Positions 18,473-28,619 are shown, counted from the stretch's first letter. The stretch: 64,000 bases of DNA from an uncultured Gammaproteobacteria bacterium (GCA_964571255.1 CAZNAA010000001.1:254986-318985), one strand, 5' to 3'. Notes: generated from the sequence alone by a model not told the origin. Numbers and translations are program-made.

Positions 18473-21127
18473 TTAGTCTACCTTACGGTATTTCTTTTGA
18501 GAAGAGGAAGAAGTGGCTAATTTTACTTTGTCTTTTAACTCAGCTAATTTATTCAATGCATCAAGAGGGGTAAGTTGATGAATATCAATTTCATCAAGCT
18601 CTTTGTGGATGAGATGGTCTACTAAATTATCTTGAGTGTAATGAGTAACAGAGTGTTCTTCTCTCTCTTTACTTCTATTTTCTAAAAGAGATAGCATTTC
18701 GTAGGCTTTTTTCACTACTTCTTGGGGAACTCCTGCTAGTTTGGCAACTGCTACTCCAAAACTGTGAGATGCTCCCCCTGGGAGAATAACATGAAGAAAG
18801 ACTGGTTCACCCTTTTGTTCTGTTACTTCCATATGATAATTACTAATATGTTTTGGAAACTTTTCCTCCAGTTGTTGCAATTCGTGATAATGAGTTGCAA
18901 AAAGTGTTTTTGGAGGAGTTGGAAAATGAGTAACAAGATACTCACTTACTGCCCAAGCAATACTAATCCCGTCATACGTACTTGTTCCCCGTCCTATCTC
19001 GTCCATAACAATAAGTGAATCTTTGGTTGCGTGATGAAGAATATGAGCAGTTTCTACCATTTCAACCATAAAAGTAGAAAGACCAGAAGTAATAACATCA
19101 GAGGCTCCACTTCGAACAAAAATTCGATCAACAATTGATAATTGAGCTTTTTCAGCAGGAACAAAACTTCCAATTTGTGAAAGAAGGACGATGAGTGCAA
19201 CTTGTCTGATAAATACAGACTTCCCTGCCATGTTTGGTCCGGTGAGTAACAGAAGTTTTTTCCCTTGAGGATCCATAGAAAGATCATTGGGTACAAAGTT
19301 GCCTGATTCAAGCAGTTTTTCAACCACAGGATGTCTACCTTTTATAATTTTTATCTCTCCTGAATATAAGAGTTTAGGTCGAATATAGTTTTCTTTCTCG
19401 GAGAGAAAAGAAAAACCAAGGAGACAATCCATGTGCGCAATTTGTTCTCCAGCATCCTGAAGAACAGGAAGATAGGAGAGAAGATTTGATAAAAATTGGG
19501 TGAATAACTCGTACTCTAAAGCATTAATCTTCTCCTCTGCTGTTAGAATAATCTCTTCATGCTTTTTTAGCTCTTCTGTTATGAAGCGTTCCGCATTTAC
19601 TAAGGTTTGTTTTCGGATATAAGACACTGGGACTAGATGTAAATTTGCATTACTCACTTCAATATAAAATCCAAATACTTTATTAAATCGAACTTTTAAG
19701 GTGGCTATTCCTGTCTTCTCTTTTTCTTCTTTCTCAAGAGTGAGAATATAGGCCTTACTATCTTTAATCGTATCTTTAAGCTCATCAAGTTTTTTACTTA
19801 CACCCTCTTTTATTATTCCTCCCTCTTTTAGCGCGATAGGAGGTTCCGGAACAAGTGTTGCATCGATCTGTTCAATAACACTTTGAATAGATGAATGAAT
19901 AAGCTTTGAAAGGGACTGAGTAAGTGGATCTGTTATGTTACTTGTTTTGTCTTTAACCTCTTGAATAGTAATAAGCGATAACTGCAAATTTCGAATATCT
20001 CTAGCATTCCCTAACCCTACAGAAAGACGGGAAAGAAGTCTTTCAATATCCGACACCTTTTTGAGTAGTTCTCGCAGTTCATCTCGTTGGGATATATGAG
20101 TTAAAAAATAAGAAACTGTATCATATCTTTTTTCTATTTCTTCTTTTTGGACTAATGGTTTACAAAGCCACTGTTTCAAAAGTCTTCCTCCCATAGCTGT
20201 AATGGTTTGATCAATAACAGTTAGAAGAGAGGCTTTGGTGTCATGTTCACGAATGGTCGAGAACAGTTCCAAATTAATCATTGTTGATCTATCAAGAGTC
20301 ATATATGTTTGATCAGTTAATAAAGAAATTTTTCTAATATGCACAAGGGATGATTTTTGCATTTCTTTTAAGTACCCTAAAAGTGCAGCAGAAGTTTTTA
20401 AACATAAATCTTTTTCTTCTAAGTTAAAGCTGGCAAGGGTTGAAACACCAAAGTGTTCTTTGAGTTGGTTTTTTGCATTGATGCTGTATCTTTCCCACTC
20501 TGAGAAGGGGTAAATAGTCATTTGTCTTTCTGATTTTAAAACAGAGAGAAGCTCAGGAGAGTTATAAAGACTATCTGGCAGAATACATTCTCTTGGGTTG
20601 AAATGAGACAACTCGTCCTTTATCAGTTGATATGGTGTATCAGATTGTTTTTCAAAGGTTGCAAAGTAGCCTGTTGAGATATCAGCAATACTAAAAGCAA
20701 TAGTAGCTTTTTCTAAAAGTAGACTGAGAATATAGTTGTGCTCTTTTTTTTCTAAGGCTTTCTCGTCTAGCACTGTTCCTGGAGTTATGACTCGAACCAC
20801 TTCCCTATCAATGATTCCTGTTTTACTAGGCAGGCTTACTTGCTCACAAATGGCTACTTTATATCCCGCTTTAACCAGTTTCGTAAGATAAGCATCCACT
20901 GCATGATATGGAACACCTGCCATAGGAATTCTTCCATCTTTTCCTTTAGCTCTACTCGTTAAGGTAATATTTAATACCTGAGATCCAATGAGTGCATCAG
21001 TAAGAAACAATTCATAAAAGTCCCCCATTCGATAAAACAATAGACAGTCTTGATAGTCTTTTTTAATCTTTTCATACTGTTTCATCATGGGGGTAGTAAA
21101 CTCAGATGGATGCATAGTATTTATCAT
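18473..21127 (-). CDS. mutS: DNA mismatch repair protein MutS
   Basis: MMKQYEKIKKDYQDCLLFYRMGDFYELF N-terminus, Walker A TGPNMAGKS, 884 aa. Confidence 0.92.
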   Translation of the reverse strand: MINTMHPSEFTTPMMKQYEKIKKDYQDCLLFYRMGDFYELFLTDALIGSQVLNITLTSRAKGKDGRIPMAGVPYHAVDAYLTKLVKAGYKVAICEQVSLPSKTGIIDREVVRVITPGTVLDEKALEKKEHNYILSLLLEKATIAFSIADISTGYFATFEKQSDTPYQLIKDELSHFNPRECILPDSLYNSPELLSVLKSERQMTIYPFSEWERYSINAKNQLKEHFGVSTLASFNLEEKDLCLKTSAALLGYLKEMQKSSLVHIRKISLLTDQTYMTLDRSTMINLELFSTIREHDTKASLLTVIDQTITAMGGRLLKQWLCKPLVQKEEIEKRYDTVSYFLTHISQRDELRELLKKVSDIERLLSRLSVGLGNARDIRNLQLSLITIQEVKDKTSNITDPLTQSLSKLIHSSIQSVIEQIDATLVPEPPIALKEGGIIKEGVSKKLDELKDTIKDSKAYILTLEKEEKEKTGIATLKVRFNKVFGFYIEVSNANLHLVPVSYIRKQTLVNAERFITEELKKHEEIILTAEEKINALEYELFTQFLSNLLSYLPVLQDAGEQIAHMDCLLGFSFLSEKENYIRPKLLYSGEIKIIKGRHPVVEKLLESGNFVPNDLSMDPQGKKLLLLTGPNMAGKSVFIRQVALIVLLSQIGSFVPAEKAQLSIVDRIFVRSGASDVITSGLSTFMVEMVETAHILHHATKDSLIVMDEIGRGTSTYDGISIAWAVSEYLVTHFPTPPKTLFATHYHELQQLEEKFPKHISNYHMEVTEQKGEPVFLHVILPGGASHSFGVAVAKLAGVPQEVVKKAYEMLSLLENRSKEREEHSVTHYTQDNLVDHLIHKELDEIDIHQLTPLDALNKLAELKDKVKLATSSSSQKKYRKVD

Positions 21128-21153
21128 ACCTGCCTAAGTGAGGTATTGGCAAC

Positions 21154-21441
21154 TTATCTTTGTCCAACTGTATCAATAAGAGGAAACTTAAGACGAACGA
21201 GTTCCCAAAACTTTTCTGAAAGATTCTCACTAAACTTCCCAAATCTACTATTCTCACTTTTACTACATAAATCATTTTCGTATCTTCTGATAACTCGGAG
21301 TACTTTCGAGCCAACTGTATAAAATTCTTCTTCCTGTTCTATGTCTCCTGATTTCACTTGATCGTGAAGTGTTTGAAATTCAGAGAAAAGATCTGAACAG
21401 TCATCAAGCATAGTTTGAAACATTTTCTCGTATTTACTCAT
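21154..21441 (-). CDS. Hypothetical small protein upstream of mutS
   Basis: 95-aa ORF in the mutS leader on the same strand; no motif recognised. Confidence 0.35.
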   Translation of the reverse strand: MSKYEKMFQTMLDDCSDLFSEFQTLHDQVKSGDIEQEEEFYTVGSKVLRVIRRYENDLCSKSENSRFGKFSENLSEKFWELVRLKFPLIDTVGQR

Positions 21442-21475
21442 ATCGATATTTATCGTACTCTATACCAATAATCCT

Positions 21476-22024
21476 ATGCAACTTACATTTGTTACTGGCA
21501 ATGATGAAAAAGTAAAAGAAGCGCAAGCAATTTTGGGGTTTCCTATTGAGATCAAAAAGGTTGATTTGGATGAAATTCAACATACCGACATAACAGAAGT
21601 GGTAAAGCAAAAAGCTAAAGATGCCTATGCGATTGTTCAGTCTCCTGTTATTGTCGATGATGTGGGATTTTATGTTGACGTTTGGAATGGATTTCCTGGA
21701 CCATTTGTAAAATTCATCAGACAAAACGATACAAATGACTTACTTCTTTATTTGATGAGACAGGAAACAAATAGAAAAATAAAAGCAGTTTCAGCTATTG
21801 GATTTTATGATGGGAAAACAGCTGAGGCATTTATTGGAGAGATGGAGGGAAAATTGACAACAGAGGAACGAGGAAAAGGATGGGGCTTTGATCCTATTAT
21901 TATTCCTCTTGGATATACCCAAACAGTTGGAGAGTTAGGAGATGAGATCAAAAATACGCTTTCTCATAGAAAGCATTCTCTTGAAAAATTCAGAGAATTT
22001 CTTAAAGACTATTCTCCTAAGTAG
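21476..22024 (+). CDS. rdgB: dITP/XTP pyrophosphatase (Ham1/RdgB family)
   Basis: MQLTFVTGNDEKVKEAQAILG N-terminal signature; 182 aa. Confidence 0.85.
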   Translation: MQLTFVTGNDEKVKEAQAILGFPIEIKKVDLDEIQHTDITEVVKQKAKDAYAIVQSPVIVDDVGFYVDVWNGFPGPFVKFIRQNDTNDLLLYLMRQETNRKIKAVSAIGFYDGKTAEAFIGEMEGKLTTEERGKGWGFDPIIIPLGYTQTVGELGDEIKNTLSHRKHSLEKFREFLKDYSPK

Positions 22025-23399
22025 TTTTAAAATATGTATCCTTTATCTTCATCCAATATGGTTCTTGTCTGCATAATTTCTTCTCGTCGTCCTTATCCTC
22101 TAGAATGTATTTAATAGCTTCTTCTAGATAAAGGGTATTCTGAGAGCCTTTGACTAGTAAGATCGTTTTATGAGGCATATATGCCTTTAAATACCGTCCT
22201 GCATCATGAGCTGTAGAAAACCATCTGATTTCTTTAGTTACTTTATTCACTTTGTTATCAACATACGCAATGATGTGTTCTAGAGTTAAAGGGCCAATAC
22301 AATACAAATACTCAACAGTTTCTGAAATTTTCTCAGCTACTTCTCTATGTTCTCCTTTCGCTTCGCCACCTAACTCCCTCATATCTCCAAGAAGAAGAGC
22401 TGAGGGCCGTTTGTGCTTTCTGGATAGATCAGAGAGAAGAGACAAAAATGCTAGAACAGAAAGTTTTGAGGCGTTATAGGAAGAGTCAATAATAACTGAT
22501 TTGCCTATTCCTTCAAACATACTGCTTCTTCCTTTTGGAAGAGTGAAGTTTTTCTCAAGAGCTGTAGTTATTTGAAAGGTTGATAAGCCTAGCTCCTTCC
22601 CTGCTAGAAAAGTAGCAGCAAATAATTCTCGATATTCTTTCAAGAGGAGGAGTTTTTTAAAGGTAAGAGCCGCTTTTTCTTCTTTTGTAGCTTTGTATAA
22701 GAAGCGATAAGATGTTCCTTCAAGAGTAGTTGCGTGATCAATATAAGAAACAGTATTCTCTTTCTCTTCTCCAAACGTGAGTATTTTTGTTGCTGGGTTA
22801 CTCCAGTAAGCAAAGACTTGTTTTAAATAGGCATCATCTTTATTGTAAATTCCCACCTTGCACCCACTCCCAGTTATAATCTTTGCATCCTCCTCTGCCA
22901 TTTTTTGCAAAAGATATTCATGTTTTTCCTCTGCAGTTGCGTTCTTTGGTGCTTTATCTTCATCAAGTATCTTTTCAAATTGCTCAGTATGAGTTGCTGC
23001 AATATTTAAAGAAATAGCAATATGTGGTTTCACAATAGATAAAAGGTAGGACATGTTTTTAGGAGGGTATGGGTCATCAATTCCCATTTCAACGATAAGA
23101 TATTTGGTTCCTTTAAGGTAATTTATGCCTTTTGGAGCAAGAAGAAGCATTTCAACCCAGTTTTTTTTGGAAAAGCCTGAAGGAGTGATTCCTAAAATCC
23201 CAAGAGGAATCCCTGTTTCTGAATTCCCCACCATTTTTACAGAGTAATATTCATTCAGTACGGCAAAGAGTGCATTTCGGGTTGAGGACTTGCCAACACT
23301 GCCTGCAATTCCAACAACTGTAGGGCGATGTAGTAGAAGAGCAATTTTAGCTAAGTAGCGAAGGTAAGTAAGAACGATCCACACTCCAATTTCTCTCAT
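22017..23399 (-). CDS. Mur ligase family protein, MurF-like (UDP-MurNAc-tripeptide:D-Ala-D-Ala ligase)
   Basis: P-loop VGIAGSVGKSST, GNSETGIPLGILG, DSSYNAS motifs. Confidence 0.7.
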   Translation of the reverse strand: MREIGVWIVLTYLRYLAKIALLLHRPTVVGIAGSVGKSSTRNALFAVLNEYYSVKMVGNSETGIPLGILGITPSGFSKKNWVEMLLLAPKGINYLKGTKYLIVEMGIDDPYPPKNMSYLLSIVKPHIAISLNIAATHTEQFEKILDEDKAPKNATAEEKHEYLLQKMAEEDAKIITGSGCKVGIYNKDDAYLKQVFAYWSNPATKILTFGEEKENTVSYIDHATTLEGTSYRFLYKATKEEKAALTFKKLLLLKEYRELFAATFLAGKELGLSTFQITTALEKNFTLPKGRSSMFEGIGKSVIIDSSYNASKLSVLAFLSLLSDLSRKHKRPSALLLGDMRELGGEAKGEHREVAEKISETVEYLYCIGPLTLEHIIAYVDNKVNKVTKEIRWFSTAHDAGRYLKAYMPHKTILLVKGSQNTLYLEEAIKYILEDKDDEKKLCRQEPYWMKIKDTYFKTT

Positions 23400-23441
23400 A
23401 GATATATTATATCAAGGGACATGCAACTCTGTTAGAGTGTA

Positions 23442-23756
23442 TTATTTAAAAATTAACTCTCTTTTGCCTTCCGCGAAATCATGAAGCAAAGCTCCTAGTA
23501 ATGTTTGATAAGGGATTTGTTTTCTTTTAGCTTTTGCTTTAATTTTGATTAAATCAAGTTGATTAATTCTTAATGTAACTGGTTTAGAGGTATGTAATTC
23601 CAAATATCGAGCTGCTGCTTCTTGTAACATACGCTTTGTACTCTCAAAGTTGGCATCTTCCTTGAATTCATCTCTTTCAAAAGCTTCTTCGAGAAGCTTT
23701 TCTTCTTCATCCAGAATTTGATTAATAAATGGATCTTGGTGTTTTGTCTTTTTCAT
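23442..23756 (-). CDS. brnA: BrnA-type antitoxin
   Basis: 104 aa, C-terminal KQIPYQTLLGALLHDFAEGK typical of BrnA; overlaps the upstream brnT stop by 4 nt. Confidence 0.65.
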   Translation of the reverse strand: MKKTKHQDPFINQILDEEEKLLEEAFERDEFKEDANFESTKRMLQEAAARYLELHTSKPVTLRINQLDLIKIKAKAKRKQIPYQTLLGALLHDFAEGKRELIFK

Positions 23757-24040
23757 AATCTCTCCTTTTTTATATATCGATTTGTTAAAACTCGACTGGC
23801 ATACATAGTTTTAAGAAAAATCTCTCTTTTTTTTTGATTAATTATGTATGGTACGGCATAGGCATAATTATTTATTGCTAGTATATAGATACGTTGATGT
23901 TTATAAACCCTACTAGAATGAGCAACATTTACTAGGACATTCCCTTTTTCAATAGCAGCGACTGCATCATCAAAATTAACTCCTCTTGTGGCTTTTAGAA
24001 GTTGGTTTTTTTCTTCATTAAACCTAATGGTCAAAGCCAT
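23753..24040 (-). CDS. brnT: BrnT-type ribonuclease toxin (DUF497)
   Basis: IRFNEEKNQLLKATRGVNFDDAVAAI...RIYILAINNYAYAVPYI...YASRVLTNRY matches the DUF497/BrnT consensus spacing. Confidence 0.7.
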   Translation of the reverse strand: MALTIRFNEEKNQLLKATRGVNFDDAVAAIEKGNVLVNVAHSSRVYKHQRIYILAINNYAYAVPYIINQKKREIFLKTMYASRVLTNRYIKKERL

Positions 24041-24146
24041 AACAAAATAATACCAATATGTACATTAATTGTCAATACAAATAATCTGTGGGAATAACTA
24101 AGTTAATACCTTTGATTTAACAAAAGATTTTTCAAATGACAAATAT

Positions 24147-24491
24147 TTAAAATCCAAAGGATTGTTTAACAATAAGCCAGAACTTTCCCCACCCCGATGC
24201 TTTTTGATAGGCAAGATAACGGTTTCTTTTTTTCTCATCCTGAGTTCCACTCATTGGAGGGTCCATCCAGGCAGAAACGATAATCCATTCGTACCTTTCA
24301 TTTTGTTTACAAATAAGAGTAACTTTATAGGTATCAAATCGCTTAATATATTCTGTCGTTCCATATTGTTTTCCTTTTATTGATTGATCTGGAGAGTTAA
24401 AGGTTTGATAAATATAGGAATCAGGTATCTTTCGCTCTTGAATACGATCTTTAGCGTGATTGGTAAGAATATATGAACTCACAATGCCCAA
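24147..24491 (-). CDS. DUF4258 family protein (putative toxin-like)
   Basis: N-terminal HAKDRIQERKI resembles the DUF4258 HA-x-eR-x-eR signature; 114 aa. Confidence 0.45.
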   Translation of the reverse strand: MGIVSSYILTNHAKDRIQERKIPDSYIYQTFNSPDQSIKGKQYGTTEYIKRFDTYKVTLICKQNERYEWIIVSAWMDPPMSGTQDEKKRNRYLAYQKASGWGKFWLIVKQSFGF

Positions 24492-24973
24492 TTCTCCTTA
24501 AAACTTTTCGGAAGAGTAAATCCTGCCATGGTAAAGTAGGAAATAAATTGTCCATGATGAAGTCTTTCATGAGAAATAAGACTAGTAATATGAGTTATGA
24601 GTGGTTGGTTAAACCCTGGCCAAGCGATCTTATACTCTTCCTCTTCTCTTTTTGATCGGATTACTTCAATCCACTTTCTGTCTGATTCTTTAAGAAAAGC
24701 AAGAAGAGAAGGTTTATCTTTAAACTCTGACTTATCTGGAAGTGATGGTGAGGAGAATAAAGAAAAATCCATTTCTCCTGAGATGACTGCTTCTGTATAG
24801 ACCATTTGTGTTCTACCAATACAGCCAAATTCCCAAAAAAGTGGTTGCCACTTCTCCCCCTCTGGCTTAAAGGATAATTCCGAGTCAGAAAGGGAATTTA
24901 AAATAGCAAGAGTTTCGCTTCTAGTAAAGTTCCAACTTCGTACGAAATTTGTTACGAGATCTTTGTATTGCAT
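24479..24973 (-). CDS. DinB/YfiT-like (DinB_2) putative metal-dependent hydrolase
   Basis: Conserved His positions including HERLHHGQ near C-terminus; 164 aa. Confidence 0.55.
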   Translation of the reverse strand: MQYKDLVTNFVRSWNFTRSETLAILNSLSDSELSFKPEGEKWQPLFWEFGCIGRTQMVYTEAVISGEMDFSLFSSPSLPDKSEFKDKPSLLAFLKESDRKWIEVIRSKREEEEYKIAWPGFNQPLITHITSLISHERLHHGQFISYFTMAGFTLPKSFKENWAL

Positions 24974-24975
24974 AG

Positions 24976-25599
24976 CTATTCGTACAAATCTTCCAGAAGA
25001 TGTCCTGGCTTTGGCCCTCTGGCTGGACTATGTTCTCGTCCATAGAGAATTAGGAGGTGAGGAAAATCAATCCAGTATTCTTTTGGGACAATTCTCATCA
25101 AATCCTCCTCAATTTTTTCAGGAGTTTTCTGATCAGTTAAGCCAAGAAGAGTTGATAGTCTCATAACGTGAGTGTCTACGACTACTCCTTCAGCTATTCC
25201 AAATGCATTTCCCAATACAACATTGGCTGTTTTTCTGGCAACTCCTGGAAGCGCATCTAGTTCTTCCATAGTATGTGGAACTTCTCCATTGTGTTGAGTC
25301 ACTATCATTTCACAGGCTCCTTTAATTGACTTAGCTTTATTTTGATGGAAGTTTACTTTTCTAATCATCTCATCAATCTCCTCCACTTGAGCTGAGGCAA
25401 AATCGTTTGCTGATTTGAATTTTTCAAAAAGAGCAGGAGTTAGGGTATTTACTAACTTATCGGTAGCTTGTGCTGACATAATGGTAGCAATAAGAAGCTG
25501 AAGAGGAGTTTTGAATTCTAGGGCTGTTTTGGGATGGGGATAAAGTGTATAGAGTCTTTTGATAATCTCTTTTACTTTGTCTTCACGAGTCATATTCAT
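24976..25599 (-). CDS. nth: Endonuclease III-like HhH-GPD DNA glycosylase lacking the [4Fe-4S] cysteine cluster
   Basis: HhH motif LDALPGVARKTANVVLGNAFG, catalytic Lys/Asp context. The C-terminus HLLILYGREHSPARGPKPG has no Cys where Nth carries Cx6Cx2Cx5C. Confidence 0.8.
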   Translation of the reverse strand: MNMTREDKVKEIIKRLYTLYPHPKTALEFKTPLQLLIATIMSAQATDKLVNTLTPALFEKFKSANDFASAQVEEIDEMIRKVNFHQNKAKSIKGACEMIVTQHNGEVPHTMEELDALPGVARKTANVVLGNAFGIAEGVVVDTHVMRLSTLLGLTDQKTPEKIEEDLMRIVPKEYWIDFPHLLILYGREHSPARGPKPGHLLEDLYE

Positions 25600-25654
25600 A
25601 ATTATACCCTTTCTTTTTTAATTGGCAATTCTTATTGTTTCTTGATAAAATCAA

Positions 25655-26905
25655 GTGATGCGAAACTTTGCTAAATCTAATCCTCTTTTTGCTATTATTT
25701 TTACTGTTTTTGTAGATGTATTGGGTATTGGAATTCTCATTCCAGTTATCCCCCAGCTTCTTGCAAATCCTCAATCTGAATACTTTCTTCTTCCTACAGG
25801 CATGGATCTGAATGGAGGGTATATTCTTTTAGGTTATCTAACAGCTATTTTCCCTCTGATGCAATTTATTGCTGCTCCTATCTTGGGACAACTTTCGGAT
25901 AAGTATGGAAGAAAACCTGTTTTGATCATTTCTCTTATTGGTACTTCTCTTTCGTATGTTGTGTTTGCCATAGGATTATTCCTAAGAAATTTGCCTCTTC
26001 TTTTTGTTTCCAGAGGTTTTGATGGAATAACTGGGGGAAATATATCGGTGGCCTATGCAGCAATTGCTGATATCACCGAACCAGAGCATCGAGCGAAAAA
26101 TTTTGGTCTGATTGGAGCAGCCTTTGGAATTGGATTTATTTTAGGTCCGTTTATTGGAGGAAAGCTGTCAGATCCAAGCTTAGTGAGTTGGTTTAATGTG
26201 CAAACTCCATTTTGGTTTGCTGCTATTTTAAGTTTTGCAAACGTAGTTTCAGTTTATTTCATGTTTCCTGAGACACACAAACATAAAAACTTACAATTTA
26301 TTATTGATTGGACTAAATCAGTTCACAATATTTTAAAAGCGTTTTCTCTTCGCCAGCTTCGTCCTCTTTTTATTACTATTTTTCTCTACACAGCAGGCTT
26401 TACTTTCTTTACCACCTTCTTTGGCGTTTTTCTCATCGAAAGATTTGGCTTTACTCAAGGCCAAATTGGAGACTTTTTCGCATACGTTGGGTTATGGATT
26501 GCTTTTACGCAAGCTATTGTTACGAGGTATGTCGCCAAAAAATTTAAAGAGAGTGATGTATTAAAATTCAGTATGGTAGGAACTGGAATTGCTGTCTTTT
26601 TATACTTTCTTCCAACTCAATGGTGGCAACTTCTTCTCATAACACCATTTTTTGCAATGATGAATGGATTAACTTTTGCCAATATCACTGCTCTTATCTC
26701 TCGGTCAGCTGATCATACGATTCAAGGAGAAGTAATGGGAATTAATACGAGTGTTCAGGCTCTTGGTCAAGCTATTCCACCTATTCTTTCAGGCTATATT
26801 GCGGCCAGCCTTGTCTCCTCTTCTCCACTTATTGTTGCAGGAACCGTTGTTATTCTTTCTGGGTTATTCTTCTTTGCTATTTATAAACCTATAAAATCTA
26901 TCTAG
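25655..26905 (+). CDS. MFS transporter
   Basis: 12 predicted TM helices, MFS motif A-like GQLSDKYGRKPVL. Confidence 0.85.
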   Translation: MMRNFAKSNPLFAIIFTVFVDVLGIGILIPVIPQLLANPQSEYFLLPTGMDLNGGYILLGYLTAIFPLMQFIAAPILGQLSDKYGRKPVLIISLIGTSLSYVVFAIGLFLRNLPLLFVSRGFDGITGGNISVAYAAIADITEPEHRAKNFGLIGAAFGIGFILGPFIGGKLSDPSLVSWFNVQTPFWFAAILSFANVVSVYFMFPETHKHKNLQFIIDWTKSVHNILKAFSLRQLRPLFITIFLYTAGFTFFTTFFGVFLIERFGFTQGQIGDFFAYVGLWIAFTQAIVTRYVAKKFKESDVLKFSMVGTGIAVFLYFLPTQWWQLLLITPFFAMMNGLTFANITALISRSADHTIQGEVMGINTSVQALGQAIPPILSGYIAASLVSSSPLIVAGTVVILSGLFFFAIYKPIKSI

Positions 26906-26955
26906 TCAATTTTCCCCCTTGCACTGTGTTTTATATTCTCTTATAGTTAGTTGAT

Positions 26956-27417
26956 ATGGATGATACACAACAGGTAGTTGATGGAGACATTGTTGAAGAA
27001 GAGACCTCTGTAGCCTCACCGAATAGCTCTTCTGAGGACGCAACAGTTCTTTTAAGCCTTGAGGAAATGATCAAGAACAATATTGAAAGTTTAGAAACCC
27101 TTCAAGGAGAATTATCTCAAGTTCGTGGCATGTTTGAGGATTCCTTTAATGGAGATCCTCATTTTATTGAGAAATCAGAAGAAGCAAAAAAAGTAGTGAA
27201 AGCAAAATCAGAAGTAAAACAACGAATTATGCAACAACCTGCTGTTAAGGACTTAGCTGATAAAGTAAAACACCTTAGATCAGAAATTTCAGAAAGACGA
27301 AGTGCACTATCTGATTACCTCCAAGAATTTCAACGAATGACTGGGGCTACACAGATCGAAGGAAGAGATGGAAAAATTCATCAAATTGTAAACACTGCAA
27401 AAGTGGTAAATGCTTAG
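26956..27417 (+). CDS. Acidic helical hypothetical protein
   Basis: 153 aa, acidic N-terminus, predicted helical; no known motif. Confidence 0.4.
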   Translation: MDDTQQVVDGDIVEEETSVASPNSSSEDATVLLSLEEMIKNNIESLETLQGELSQVRGMFEDSFNGDPHFIEKSEEAKKVVKAKSEVKQRIMQQPAVKDLADKVKHLRSEISERRSALSDYLQEFQRMTGATQIEGRDGKIHQIVNTAKVVNA

Positions 27418-27464
27418 TCACTTTCCCCCTAACAGATTATAAAAAAAATCGATATACTTTTTCT

Positions 27465-28031
27465 ATGGAGTTAATCCCCTACCTATCTCTTGCAGTAATC
27501 GTTTTCTTTATTAACTGCTTTCCCGCTTTCATGCCTCCTACCTGGTCTATTCTCGCTTTTTTTTATATCACCTATCACCTTCCCGTTATTCCTCTTATTC
27601 TTATTGGAGTTTTATTTGCAACATTAGGAAGAATTGTTTTGTACTACATTGCGAAGTATTTAGGGAAATATATTTTCCCTACGTCTTCTAAAGAAAATTT
27701 AGAATTTCTAGGCAAGTACTTAAATACAAAAAAACATATCTCAATTCCCTTTTTCCTTACTTGTGCATTTATTCCTCTTCCTTCAAACCAACTCTTTATT
27801 ACCGCTGGACTTGCAAGAGCGAATATTCTTCTTTTATCAATCTCTTTTGCCTTTGGAAGACTCTTTAGTTATTCCTGGACTGTTCTTACTTCAGCCTTTG
27901 TGATTAACAACACATCAGTTGAGCTTTCTTTTACTCCTCAAATAAACTTTCTTATTCAAATAGGAGCACTTGCTAGTGTGTACTTTATTGGATTTATTCC
28001 TTGGAAAAAAATCTTAAAAGGAAGATTATAG
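27465..28031 (+). CDS. Small membrane protein, possibly DedA/VTT-like
   Basis: 188 aa, 4-5 TM helices, IPLPSNQLFITAGLARAN resembles the VTT-domain motif. Confidence 0.4.
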   Translation: MELIPYLSLAVIVFFINCFPAFMPPTWSILAFFYITYHLPVIPLILIGVLFATLGRIVLYYIAKYLGKYIFPTSSKENLEFLGKYLNTKKHISIPFFLTCAFIPLPSNQLFITAGLARANILLLSISFAFGRLFSYSWTVLTSAFVINNTSVELSFTPQINFLIQIGALASVYFIGFIPWKKILKGRL

Positions 28032-28619
28032 TGACTTTTCTGTGTGAGTTTGAAAAAGAGATAGAAACGTTTCGTTTTGAGAAAGGAGTAGTGCTTCTTC
28101 TTCAGACCAGGGTGAATACGTCCCTGGATGCTTCTTGATTGTTTCAAGATACGTTTCCCAAGGAATCCATTGTATTTTCTCTACTTCATCAGGATTTGGC
28201 GTAGGATGTTGTGTCGTAAATCCTATGAGTACTGGACAAAACTCATGCTCAACTATTCCTAAGTATTCAAATCGGTAACTATATCGAGAAAGAATTTCAA
28301 AAAGAGAAAAATCAGTCATACCTAATTCAAACTGAGCCCGTCTTCTTGCTACTTGTTCATTGGTTTCTCCAAGAGTGTGATGTCCACAGCAACTATTTGA
28401 CCAGATAAGGGGCCAGGTTTTTTTCATATGACTTCTCTGCTGAAGTAAAAGTTCTCCTTGTGGGTTAAATAGGAATAAGGAGAAAGCACGATGCAAAGGA
28501 GTATTGGTATTATGAGTTTCTAGTTTTGGCGCTGTTCCTAGTTCATTATTTTCAGTATCAACTAAAATGACGTAGTCGGTTTGATCAGCTGGTGTTCCTT
28601 GTCCTGGGGAAAGTTGCAT
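28026..28619 (-). CDS. idi: Isopentenyl-diphosphate delta-isomerase, type 1
   Basis: HRAFSLFLFNPQGELLLQQRSHMKKTWPLIWSNSCCGHHTLGE: IDI-1 Cys/Glu active-site motifs. Confidence 0.85.
   Translation of the reverse strand: MQLSPGQGTPADQTDYVILVDTENNELGTAPKLETHNTNTPLHRAFSLFLFNPQGELLLQQRSHMKKTWPLIWSNSCCGHHTLGETNEQVARRRAQFELGMTDFSLFEILSRYSYRFEYLGIVEHEFCPVLIGFTTQHPTPNPDEVEKIQWIPWETYLETIKKHPGTYSPWSEEEALLLSQNETFLSLFQTHTEKSL

Noticed and set aside
21434-21724. 96-aa minus-strand ORF
   Set aside because: Antisense to the well-supported rdgB/Ham1 gene start; low-complexity Ile/Asn-rich translation
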